24,000 bases of DNA from Nitrososphaeraceae archaeon (GTDB lineage: Archaea > Thermoproteota > Nitrososphaeria > Nitrososphaerales > Nitrososphaeraceae): assembly GCA_049578985.1 (NCBI GenBank), contig JBAUMZ010000114.1:95936-119935 (forward strand), written 5' to 3'. The translations under genes were made by a program, and so were the position numbers. The notes under the pieces are model-generated. The model saw nothing but the letters and a program-made list of their open reading frames with translations, was not told the DNA's origin and searched no databases. Shown piece by piece: positions 1 through 10,417 of this stretch (the stretch's first letter is position 1; every line of letters begins with the position of its first letter).

Positions 1-453
1 GACTGGATTCATTAGCGAAAGTAACTCTACCTTACTTATCATGATATCATAATAGAGGATCATTTATCGGACTTACTGTATAATGATAGACGATTTAATG
101 AAAGCATCGTTCTAAGAGTTAATTTATTGGATGGAATGAAACGCCATTTACGAATACAAAATCATAACGATAACAAGGAATTGCTGGAATATCTGCGACT
201 GCTGCGGAATAGCCGTTCTGTTGAAGATGGATCTGCGACTACCTAATCATGTATCATCGTAGTGGGAGGTAAATACTGGCTTGTGAATACCTACTCAAGA
301 TTAGTTTAATCTAGAACTCCATCTGTACCATGTAAATCTGGTATTTTTACTGTACTCATGCATTTGAAAATAAATAATACATCATTCATTACAAAAGCGA
401 ATTTGAAGGAAGAGTAAAAGAGGTGTCGGAGCACCTTTGACGCCCGACGCTAC

Positions 454-1308
454 TTAGCTATATGGCAACTCTAAAGTGAAGTCCTGTAGATTTGCCACTA
501 TACTAGGTACGTCCAAACCAGAAGTTGTCCATACAATTAATGTTTGTTCATCACCAGTTCCACTCTGACCTCCTCGAAGGTCTTTGAAGTTATGAGTACT
601 GTTTATTGTGAAGCCTTTGTTTTGTAAATCAGCTGCGTATGTTTGAATGTCTTGAGTAGGCACCATCAACATGCCAACAGTATCAACATCACTTGCTGAC
701 GACGAAGTCAACATTTCGGGCTGATTGACCACGGTTATTGTCCCATTCATTACAAAAGCAGGGTCGTCTTCATTTACGTCCTTTTCAAAATAAGTGTATA
801 CCCCTGTATCATTAAATGCTGTAGATGTTGTCGCCGTGTTGTATTCAAATCCCCCACTATCAAATACGGGAGTAGTTGAAGTATCGGTTTCTGATGATGG
901 TATTAAGTCGCCTTGGACCGCCGTTATAGTGCGATCGTGATCTACATCTCCATTAAACCACGTAACAGCAGTTCCGGCATTTACAACAGCATTCTGAGGC
1001 AGATAGGGCTGGGTTGCAAGGGGATATTGATTGGTTTGTTGGTTTGTTGATTCATGAGCTTCGTTGGGAATGAAAATCACAAGATTCTTAATGTTATTTC
1101 CTAGTACCATAGTCTCAGTGCCGAATACATAAGATGCGTTAATGTTGGGGGGTTGCTCCTGTAGTTGGTTTTCGGCTCCTGTACTACCATTTAGCTGTGC
1201 GTTAGCAAAGGATATCTCATATGTACTGGAAAAAACCATAATAAAAAACAGCACCGCCGTTACACCTACCAGTTTCAAACCATTTTTGCTATTTAAGTTG
1301 GTTTCCAT
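454..1308 (-). CDS. Secreted or membrane-anchored hypothetical protein with a degenerate cupredoxin-like domain
   Basis: 284-aa ORF with an N-terminal hydrophobic signal/anchor (LVGVTAVLFFIMVFSS..FANA) and many N-x-S/T sequons. The central segment GTAVTWFNGDVDHD..FDSGGF..GVYTYFE..FVMNGTITV follows the plastocyanin/halocyanin strand pattern but lacks the Cys ligand. A TATA-like ttttatatta lies about 30 nt upstream on the minus strand. Confidence 0.7.
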   Translation of the reverse strand: METNLNSKNGLKLVGVTAVLFFIMVFSSTYEISFANAQLNGSTGAENQLQEQPPNINASYVFGTETMVLGNNIKNLVIFIPNEAHESTNQQTNQYPLATQPYLPQNAVVNAGTAVTWFNGDVDHDRTITAVQGDLIPSSETDTSTTPVFDSGGFEYNTATTSTAFNDTGVYTYFEKDVNEDDPAFVMNGTITVVNQPEMLTSSSASDVDTVGMLMVPTQDIQTYAADLQNKGFTINSTHNFKDLRGGQSGTGDEQTLIVWTTSGLDVPSIVANLQDFTLELPYS

Positions 1309-1619
1309 CTCAGATTACATCTTGCTTTTCCTGTTTCGATAATATAAAAGTTAGTTGTATGCAGGCGCCTATGCTTATTGAATAGGATTAGGAGTCTATT
1401 TCACTCTAAAGTATCCTGAACCCATAGATGGAGAATCAGGGGGCTCGTGAGCGACCAACCAAGGCATTTTACAAGTAGTCGTCGCATAAGCCTTGCTTAA
1501 ATTAGTTCCGCATCTTAGGAATCGTCGGCAAGAGTTGGTTTTGGTAAGATTCTTACTGTTTTTGGCAAGACACTAACTAACGGGCCTGACCTAGGGCGAA
1601 GATTGTGAGAATGAAAATA

Positions 1620-1693
1620 AGCCTTGACCGGGATTTGGACCCGGGACCTTTGCCTTACCAAGGCAACGCTCTACCAGGCTGAGCTATCAAGGC
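1620..1693 (-). tRNA. tRNA-Thr (anticodon GGU)
   Basis: The reverse complement folds as a perfect cloverleaf: gccttga-ta-gctc-agcctggta-gagc-g-ttgcc-ttGGTaa-ggcaa-aggtc-ccggg-tccaaat-cccgg-tcaaggc (73 nt plus discriminator). No CCA is encoded. Confidence 0.9.
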
Positions 1694-1926
1694 ACTAATA
1701 ACACCCTGCAAGGCAGGAAGTAAAATTCGCTACGGCCACCTACATAAGCTTAACTGCACTCTTTTTACAAAAGTCCACATTTGCTTGGGGGATTCTCAAC
1801 TTTCGTGAAAACGGGTACGTTAGCAGAAAATTTTTGAGGATGTAGAAAATCGATTGTTTGGTGGTCAATCCATATTTCCTGGTTTCTGCAAGATTTAAGT
1901 AAGGACTAGTCGATTCGTCCTGTGAA

Positions 1927-2046
1927 GCGGGGGTTGTAGAGCCTGGCCAAATTGTAATCGCATGCTTGGAGACGCGGGACTTAAGATCACAGTTATAGGT
2001 GATCCCGTCTCTCAGGGGTTCGTGGGTTCGAATCCCACCCCCCGCA
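1927..2046 (+). tRNA. tRNA-Leu (anticodon UAA), class II, with two predicted introns (1953-1971 and 1986-2001)
   Basis: Acceptor gcggggg/cccccgc, T-arm gtggg-ttcgaat-cccac, long variable arm tctctcaggggttc, D-loop gagcctggccaaa. Removing the 19 nt and 16 nt segments gives an 85-nt tRNA with D-stem gta/tac and anticodon arm cggga-ctTAAga-tcccg. Confidence 0.8.
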
Positions 2047-2686
2047 TCAAATTGGTGCGGCCTCTGAACTCAGAAGCAGACTTGATCAGGTGTAGATGAA
2101 ATCTATTGTCAGAGCCAAGTTCAGGATGGAAAGCTGTGGCAATTATATTGTCTTGCTTTACCGCTACAACCTTGTCCTCTAACCTTGCGATAACTTGAAC
2201 TCCTTCCGCTGCTTTCGACACTATGGGAGCTCGTATAAATATGCCTTTGAAAGGCCTCCTTCCCATCATAGGAATTTCCATATCAGCCTCAAAGGAATCC
2301 CTTTGCCTTCCGAAAGCGTTTCTTTCTACTACTATGTTTAACAACGATAGTAACTTTTGTTTTGTTTGTCCAATTACCCTGTCATGAGTTCTGCTGGATA
2401 GGATAATCATACCCGCACAAGTTCCTAATACTGGCATCCCTCTAGATACCACATCGGTGATTTTACGAAAAAGTTCCCCATTAACGGTAACGAAGTGGCT
2501 GACTACAGTGCTTTCACCCCCAGGCAAAATTAAACCACTAATTCCGGAAATGTCTTTAGAGTGTCGAACAATTCTCACGTCGCCCTTCTTTCCGAGATAA
2601 TTAAAAGCGATCTTGGTCTGGGAAACGTTCTCCTCGACATCTCCTTGAATTCCTAGTACTCCTATTATAAGCCCATCCTGCCTCAT
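2012..2686 (-). CDS. pdxT: Pyridoxal 5'-phosphate synthase, glutaminase subunit PdxT
   Basis: 224-aa ORF with the class I amidotransferase nucleophile motif GTCAGMI and His/Glu in FHPE. Its start overlaps the pdxS stop in an ATGA (2683-2686). The last 35 nt run antisense through the tRNA-Leu gene. Confidence 0.9.
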   Translation of the reverse strand: MRQDGLIIGVLGIQGDVEENVSQTKIAFNYLGKKGDVRIVRHSKDISGISGLILPGGESTVVSHFVTVNGELFRKITDVVSRGMPVLGTCAGMIILSSRTHDRVIGQTKQKLLSLLNIVVERNAFGRQRDSFEADMEIPMMGRRPFKGIFIRAPIVSKAAEGVQVIARLEDKVVAVKQDNIIATAFHPELGSDNRFHLHLIKSASEFRGRTNLMRGVGFEPTNP

Positions 2687-3654
2687 ATGGATGGTCCTCT
2701 TTCTTGCATTCTCAAAGATAGGTTTTGAGTATCAAGCCCCAACATAGATTTCTTTTCGTCAACCATTTTTTGTGATTCAAGTACAGTGGCAGGGTCATCA
2801 AAGTATGTAGTGGCGAGGACTATCGCCTGAGCTCGTTGTGAAGCATCGTCTGACTTGAAAATTCCGGAACCTACAAACACGCCATCACAGCCAAGATTCA
2901 TCAGAAGTGCGGCGTCAGCTGGTGTGGATATTCCACCTGCAGCAAAATTTACTACGGGTAACCTTCCTAACCTAGCCGTCTCTTCAACTATAGGCAATGC
3001 CGATTGTAACTGTCTAGACGTTTTAATGAGTTCCTGCGGATCATCCATTATTGAATTAAGCCTTCGTATATCATTATTGACCGCCTTAATATGTGATACT
3101 GCTTCAGCTACATTGCCAGTCCCAGGTTCACCTTTGGTTCTAATCATAGAACATCCCTCCTCTATTCTGCGGAGGGCTTCGCCGAGATTTTTAGCTCCAT
3201 TCACAAATGGTACCTTGAAATTCCATTTCCAAAGATGGTTATCTTCATCAGCTGGGGTAAGTACTTCGCTTTCATCAATCATATCAACACCTATCTCCTC
3301 CAAAATTTGAGCTTCTCCAAGATGACCTATCCTGCACTTGGCCATGATAGGGATAGTAACGGCGTCCATTAACTCTTGAACAACCTTCACACTAGCAGTC
3401 CTTGCTACACCACCTGCCAACCTGACATCGAACGGGAGTTTATCGAGCACCATTACAGCGACCGCTCCTGCATCTTCCGCTATTTGAGCTTGCTCAACAT
3501 TGGTGACGTCCATAATAACCCCATGTTTCTGCATGTGCGCGAATCCTCTCTTAACCAAGGTTGTCCCAGTAGTAAATGGAGAATGAGAACCAATAAGACG
3601 CCTTTGCATAGTTCTCTGCTCAATAATCTCGGATGGGACGAGAGATATCGTCAT
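2683..3654 (-). CDS. pdxS: Pyridoxal 5'-phosphate synthase, lyase subunit PdxS
   Basis: 323-aa ORF with PdxS signatures [17 protein letters not shown] (Schiff-base Lys), [11 protein letters not shown] and [14 protein letters not shown]. The true start may be the internal Met at 3609 (MQRRLIG..), because the first 15 aa extend beyond the usual PdxS N-terminus. Confidence 0.93.
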   Translation of the reverse strand: MTISLVPSEIIEQRTMQRRLIGSHSPFTTGTTLVKRGFAHMQKHGVIMDVTNVEQAQIAEDAGAVAVMVLDKLPFDVRLAGGVARTASVKVVQELMDAVTIPIMAKCRIGHLGEAQILEEIGVDMIDESEVLTPADEDNHLWKWNFKVPFVNGAKNLGEALRRIEEGCSMIRTKGEPGTGNVAEAVSHIKAVNNDIRRLNSIMDDPQELIKTSRQLQSALPIVEETARLGRLPVVNFAAGGISTPADAALLMNLGCDGVFVGSGIFKSDDASQRAQAIVLATTYFDDPATVLESQKMVDEKKSMLGLDTQNLSLRMQERGPSI

Positions 3655-3775
3655 CTACACGAGTGTACTGCTAACAGTTATTTAGAGATTAGTGTCAAGT
3701 ACCGAGGGAGAATGAAAACTCTTTGTTCAAGTTGTTATAAAAGTATAATAAGTGACAAACTGGATATTTTAAGAT

Positions 3776-3919
3776 ATGGTTGATGAGACCAAGGTGGATC
3801 TTCCTCCATGTGATATATGCGGCAATGCTTTAGAAGCATGCCTGTGTGTTTGTCCATATTGTGGTGAACGAGATAAATGCGAATGTTGCCTCTATGATGC
3901 AGCGACTGGTGGCGGATGA
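3776..3919 (+). CDS. Small Cys-rich zinc-finger-like protein, 47 aa, not in the ORF track
   Basis: Hand translation from ATG 3776 to TGA 3917-3919 gives MVDETKVDLPPCDICGNALEACLCVCPYCGERDKCECCLYDAATGGG. It has 9 Cys including a CDIC and CPYCG pair. An in-frame stop lies immediately upstream (3770-3772), and an AT-rich TATA-like stretch (ttataaaagtataataag) lies ~25-40 nt upstream. Confidence 0.5.
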   Translation: MVDETKVDLPPCDICGNALEACLCVCPYCGERDKCECCLYDAATGGG

Positions 3920-3981
3920 ATTCTGATAAGAAATGAAATTCTAAACTAATAAAAGCTGGCAAATTAGAAGCAATAACATCT

Positions 3982-6940
<2,959 letters not shown>

Positions 6941-7051
6941 CAGACAGATAACTACCTCTGATTGTAATTCAGGAACGGGTCCTATTTTCAACGATTTCTG
7001 ATCAACGATCAGCGGATCCTAGCGTACAAAGGCAGAATACACCTAAATCTT

Positions 7052-7076
7052 AAAACAAAAAAGAAAAAAAGAAAAG
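7052..7076 (-). terminator. Oligo-T tract downstream of amoA (archaeal intrinsic terminator candidate)
   Basis: The plus strand reads aaaacaaaaaagaaaaaaagaaaag, which is a long T-rich run on the minus strand starting ~18 nt after the amoA stop. Confidence 0.5.
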
Positions 7077-7093
7077 GATTGGCTGAATTTGGC

Positions 7094-7744
7094 CTAGTCC
7101 CACTTACTCCAAGCGGCCATCCATCTGTAAGTCCATGTATTGAGTTTTGCACCCAAAGCTGCTATTGGCACAGCTAGCACGGCTCCTGCGCCAGCTCCTA
7201 AGGCTACTGGACTATTGTAGAATTTACCGACTTGTGGTTCTATTGGTGTCATGTATGGAGGCAATGTTGGCCTAGGATACTTGAATGCCATTTCTAGCGG
7301 ATCGCGTATCGTCAATAGGTTGATCATATTAAACAATGGCAGTGAAAGTCCAACCAATGTTCCTCCTATTAGGATCGCCGCGTGTTTGTTCCTTCTTGTT
7401 GCCCAGTAAGACAGGTCCAGCAACATTGCTGATGGAATCCACACCGGTACCGCGATGAAGTCGTATGGATATCCAAGAGCAAACCAAGCCCCTTTTGCAA
7501 CCCATGTATAAATCGTCATTATAGTGGCATAGTAGGTCGCTGTCCCTGGCACTCCCGTAAACAACATGTAATAGATGGCACCCACAACAAGCATCGTTGA
7601 CTGCGATATAGAGAACACGACGAATGAAGTCCAAGCCCAGTCAGTGTAGAATATGTAGTCTCCTGCATTAATAGTCAGTAGAGTGCTGTTAACAGCCACG
7701 ACAACTATGAACAGATAATGCGTTGTGCGTCTTAGCCAGACCAT
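7094..7744 (-). CDS. amoA: Ammonia monooxygenase subunit A (archaeal type)
   Basis: The ORF-track protein (7094..7750) contains MVWLRRTTHYLFIVVVAVNSTLLTINAGDYIFYTDWAWTS..YPRPTLPPYMTPIEPQVGKFYNSPVALGAGAG, unmistakably archaeal AmoA. I place the start at the ATG giving MVWLRR (216 aa) rather than the upstream TTG. Confidence 0.97.
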   Translation of the reverse strand: MVWLRRTTHYLFIVVVAVNSTLLTINAGDYIFYTDWAWTSFVVFSISQSTMLVVGAIYYMLFTGVPGTATYYATIMTIYTWVAKGAWFALGYPYDFIAVPVWIPSAMLLDLSYWATRRNKHAAILIGGTLVGLSLPLFNMINLLTIRDPLEMAFKYPRPTLPPYMTPIEPQVGKFYNSPVALGAGAGAVLAVPIAALGAKLNTWTYRWMAAWSKWD

Positions 7745-7761
7745 TACCAACTTTCTCCTAG

Positions 7762-7782
7762 AGGTTATATATAAAATTTATC
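7762..7782 (-). promoter_or_regulatory. TATA-box-like element upstream of amoA
   Basis: The minus strand reads gataaattttatatataacc, ending ~20 nt before the amoA ATG. This fits a short-leader or leaderless archaeal promoter. Coordinates are +/-1. Confidence 0.4.
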
Positions 7783-7966
7783 TACATCCGCAAAAGCCTG
7801 CTGAGAAGAAAGCAATACGACAATACGTAACTATACGCTAAAAAATAAGAGATCAGTACGGGCGTAGTATAAAATTTATCTACATTCGCAAAAGCCCGCT
7901 GAGAAGAAAGCAATACGACAATACGTATACACTAAAAAATAAGAAAGAAATCAGTACGGGCGTAGA
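7769..7966. repeat. Tandem direct duplication, 2 x ~98 bp, in the amoX-amoA spacer
   Basis: Unit 1 (~7769-7866) and unit 2 (~7867-7964) both read tataaaatttatctacat(c/t)cgcaaaagcc(t/c)gctgagaagaaagcaatacgacaatacgta...aaaaaataaga..atcagtacgggcgtag, about 90% identical with two small indels. Unit 2 ends with the genuine last codons and stop of amoX. Coordinates are +/-1. Confidence 0.85.
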
Positions 7967-8247
7967 GGCTTTTCTGTCGCGATCTTCCACATCCACATGA
8001 AGCCTAGCGCTTCAATAACAGTAAGCACAGATAGGGCATATATTCCACTTGGCAGAGGATATGCCCAAGGGTAAACGGTTACGCCTACATAAACACCGCC
8101 AGCTGTTGCAGCCCAGCATAATGCAAACCCTAATGCAAAGATACCCTTCATGTTTTCAACTCTGCGTCCGATCATTTTTTCTATATCGTCTCTACTACCG
8201 CCTTCTGTTCGTCTTCCACCAGGTCCGAATCCCTTTGGTAAAGTCAT
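7951..8247 (-). CDS. amoX: AmoX, small membrane protein associated with archaeal ammonia monooxygenase
   Basis: Small ORF between amoA and amoB with two hydrophobic helices (GIFALGFALCWAATAGGVYVGV and IYALSVLTVIEALGFMWMW), in the position typical of amoX. The track ORF starts at TTG 8256. ATG 8247 (MTLPKGF..) fits the upstream TATA spacing better. Confidence 0.8.
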   Translation of the reverse strand: MTLPKGFGPGGRRTEGGSRDDIEKMIGRRVENMKGIFALGFALCWAATAGGVYVGVTVYPWAYPLPSGIYALSVLTVIEALGFMWMWKIATEKPLRPY

Positions 8248-8270
8248 CTTATACAATACCTGATCAGTAC

Positions 8271-8292
8271 TTACCTTTTTAAATTTTGCTGT
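8271..8292 (-). promoter_or_regulatory. BRE/TATA-like element upstream of amoX
   Basis: The minus strand reads acagcaaaatttaaaaagg, ending 28 nt before ATG 8247. Confidence 0.35.
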
Positions 8293-8450
8293 GCAATTTG
8301 AAATTAGATTGAAATATGCATCCCGTATCCACGATCATCTTTATTCAGGGTTACGGTGGAAGGAAATTCTCTGGGGGGTTATGAGTTCATTTCGAAAACT
8401 TTAATTTCCAAAAATCAAGTAGCACTTAATGAAGCAATAATAGCTCGGTA

Positions 8451-8467
8451 ACAGCAAAATATATATC
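8451..8467 (+). promoter_or_regulatory. BRE/TATA-like element upstream of amoB
   Basis: The plus strand reads acagcaaaatatatatc, ending 33 nt before ATG 8501. It shares the 10-mer acagcaaaat with the amoX element. Confidence 0.35.
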
Positions 8468-8500
8468 TTTGTTTCTTCTGGTATCGCTTAGAAACGACAA

Positions 8501-9055
8501 ATGATTAACAAGGCTATAGTCTTGACAGGATTGGCTGCGGTATTAGTAATGTCTAGTGCATTCGCATTTATGCCTTCTGTAGAGGGACATGGTGTTCAAG
8601 CCCAACTCCAGAGTAGGTTTGTGAGAATTCAAGATGAATCTTTTTCAGGTCAGACGCTTCAGACTGGTGATGAGCTAACAGTAACTGGCACACTGCAGAG
8701 TTTGGTGAACAGGCCACTTAGAGCGTGGTTGTCGCTTTTCAGCGAATCAACAAATGCAGGTAATAGATGGGAGTTCATAGCTCGTGATCCACCAGGTAAC
8801 GTCTTTGACATTGAACCAGAATCTACAATTCCATATTCACTAACCGTCAGAGCGCTAGAACCAGGTATCTATCATGTCCATACACAGCTCAATATTCAGA
8901 CCATTGGCCCAGGACTTGGACCAGGACAAACCGTTCAAGTGACGGGTGAACCGATTTTCAAGCAAGTTCCGTGGTCGAATGTGATGTATCAAGTAATATT
9001 GATAGGATCGGGCTTAGGCGTAACATTCGCGACTAGACCGTGGCAAGTGATCTAG
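8501..9055 (+). CDS. amoB: Ammonia monooxygenase subunit B (archaeal short form)
   Basis: 184-aa ORF with a signal peptide followed by HGVQAQLQSRF. It also contains ESTNAGNRWEFIARDPPGNVFDI, YHVHTQLN, GPGLGPGQTV and the C-terminal TM ending TRPWQVI, all characteristic of archaeal AmoB. Confidence 0.95.
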   Translation: MINKAIVLTGLAAVLVMSSAFAFMPSVEGHGVQAQLQSRFVRIQDESFSGQTLQTGDELTVTGTLQSLVNRPLRAWLSLFSESTNAGNRWEFIARDPPGNVFDIEPESTIPYSLTVRALEPGIYHVHTQLNIQTIGPGLGPGQTVQVTGEPIFKQVPWSNVMYQVILIGSGLGVTFATRPWQVI

Positions 9056-9142
9056 TAATCACACACACGAACTAACTTCCCTCATTTTTGTATTTAATGA
9101 ACTATAGGATTTAGAGAATAATCTATCGCGCTTTTGAAGCTT

Positions 9143-10417
9143 TTATCGAGCTGAAATCTCATCAGTTCCTACGAATTTCTTCAAGGGTTCAGGTACTTCT
9201 ATCGTTCCGTTAGAGCGTTGAAAGTTTTCAATAATTGCAACTAACGTCCGTCCAGTCGCGACCAGAGTGCTGTTTAGGGTATGAACTAAACGAGTTTCCT
9301 CATCAGGACGATCTCTGAATCTTATTTTCAATCTCCTAGACTGATAGTCTAAGCAGTTCGAGCTCGAGACTATCTCTCTATAACAGTCTTGGCCTGGCAT
9401 CCAGGCTTCTAAATCATAAGTTTTGGAAGAAGTCTTACCCATGTCACCCGTGCACAGAAGGACGGTCCGAATGGGGATTCCCAATTTTTCATAAAATTTC
9501 TCGGCCAACCCCACCATTTTCTGATGTTCTTTTTCCGAATCCTCCGGACGCGAGAATATGAATTGCTCAACCTTGTCAAAGTGATGTACTCGGAAGATGC
9601 CTTTCGTGTCCTTTCCGTGTGCGCCAGCTTCTTTTCTAAAACAAGGACTAATACCGGCATATCTTAATGGAAGGGAAGCTCCTTCTAGAATTTCATCCAT
9701 ATGCATTGCCGCCAATGCATGCTCAGAGGTACCAATCATGTGTAAATCTTCTCCATGGATTTTGTAAATGACATGTTCAAAATCTTCCAATATAACAGCG
9801 CCTTCCATTGGTTCTCTTCTAATCATGTAAGGAGGTTGTACTGGTACGTATCCTTGATCTTGTAAATAATCCAGAGCAAATTGGAGCAATCCAATATTCA
9901 GCTTTACCATCACATTCTTCAAGAAGTAAAAGCGAGAGCCAGAAATTTTCGCAGCCCGCTCTAAATCAAACAGATCCAACTTTGTTCCAAGATCAAGGTG
10001 ATCAAGAGGAGCAAAATCGAACTTGCTGGGTGTTCCTATCGATCTAATTACTACATTTTCTTGCTGATTCGCGCCAACAGGCACAGAGCTATTGACCATA
10101 TTAGGTAGACTCATTATCAAATGCTTGAAATTTGAATCTGTTTCTTCAAGATCTTTACCCAGTTTGAGAATTCTATCACCAAGGGAATTCATCTCCTTGA
10201 GCTCTTCTGAGCAGTCCACTTGAGATTTCATCTTTCTCGCAATAGTTTGAGAAATCACATTCTTTCGGTGTCTCGACAGATCGCTCTCGGAAATTAAAGT
10301 GCGTCTCTTTTTATCTAGCAACAATAACTCATCTAACGGAAAAGATAGATTTCTTTGAGAAAGCATTAGCCGTATCCGTTCTGGTTCGTCTTTTAGTAGC
10401 CGTGGATCAATCATCAT
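9143..10417 (-). CDS. serS: Seryl-tRNA synthetase
   Basis: 424-aa ORF with an N-terminal coiled-coil arm (IDPRLLKDEPERI..) and class II core motifs (FRKEAGAHGKDTKGIFRVHHFDKVE, TLNSTLVATGRTLVAIIEN). Confidence 0.93.
   Translation of the reverse strand: MMIDPRLLKDEPERIRLMLSQRNLSFPLDELLLLDKKRRTLISESDLSRHRKNVISQTIARKMKSQVDCSEELKEMNSLGDRILKLGKDLEETDSNFKHLIMSLPNMVNSSVPVGANQQENVVIRSIGTPSKFDFAPLDHLDLGTKLDLFDLERAAKISGSRFYFLKNVMVKLNIGLLQFALDYLQDQGYVPVQPPYMIRREPMEGAVILEDFEHVIYKIHGEDLHMIGTSEHALAAMHMDEILEGASLPLRYAGISPCFRKEAGAHGKDTKGIFRVHHFDKVEQFIFSRPEDSEKEHQKMVGLAEKFYEKLGIPIRTVLLCTGDMGKTSSKTYDLEAWMPGQDCYREIVSSSNCLDYQSRRLKIRFRDRPDEETRLVHTLNSTLVATGRTLVAIIENFQRSNGTIEVPEPLKKFVGTDEISAR

Noticed and set aside
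136-246. 36-codon ORF (MKRHLRIQNHNDNKELLEYLRLLRNSRSVEDGSATT) and a 10-nt direct repeat atctgcgact (about 191 and 231) in the first 450 nt.
   Set aside because: The ORF is short and featureless, and one 10-mer repeat in AT-rich DNA is weak. No support for a gene or element.
2855-3783. Plus-strand ORFs 2855..3310 (151 aa) and 3376..3783 (135 aa).
   Set aside because: Both are antisense shadows of the strongly supported pdxS gene, with Ser/Pro/Leu-rich low-information translations.
6998-7012. Perfect short palindrome ctgatc-aac-gatcag downstream of the oxidoreductase beta gene.
   Set aside because: A 6-bp stem is weak and archaeal termination mainly uses T-tracts. It is noted but not called as a terminator.
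7329-7634. 101-aa same-strand, out-of-frame ORF inside amoA.
   Set aside because: It is nested in a highly conserved gene, and its Cys/Arg-rich translation has no membrane or domain features.
7741-7980. When I hand-translated the amoA 5' end and the amoX 3' end, my base count seemed one nucleotide out of register with the ORF track between about 7741 and 7980.
   Set aside because: This is most likely my own counting error. The two offsets compensate, the ORF-track proteins are full length, and the amoA start matches the conserved ..GTAATGGTCTGGCT.. 5' end. I do not claim a frameshift, but coordinates I give inside this interval (repeat units, amoA TATA) are +/-1.
8049-8282. 77-aa plus-strand ORF opposite amoX.
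   Set aside because: It is an antisense shadow of amoX with a TTG start and covers the proposed amoX promoter.
8328-8399. 23-codon ORF (MHPVSTIIFIQGYGGRKFSGGL) in the amoX-amoB divergent spacer.
   Set aside because: It is too short, with no supporting signals. The region is more simply explained as a shared promoter region.
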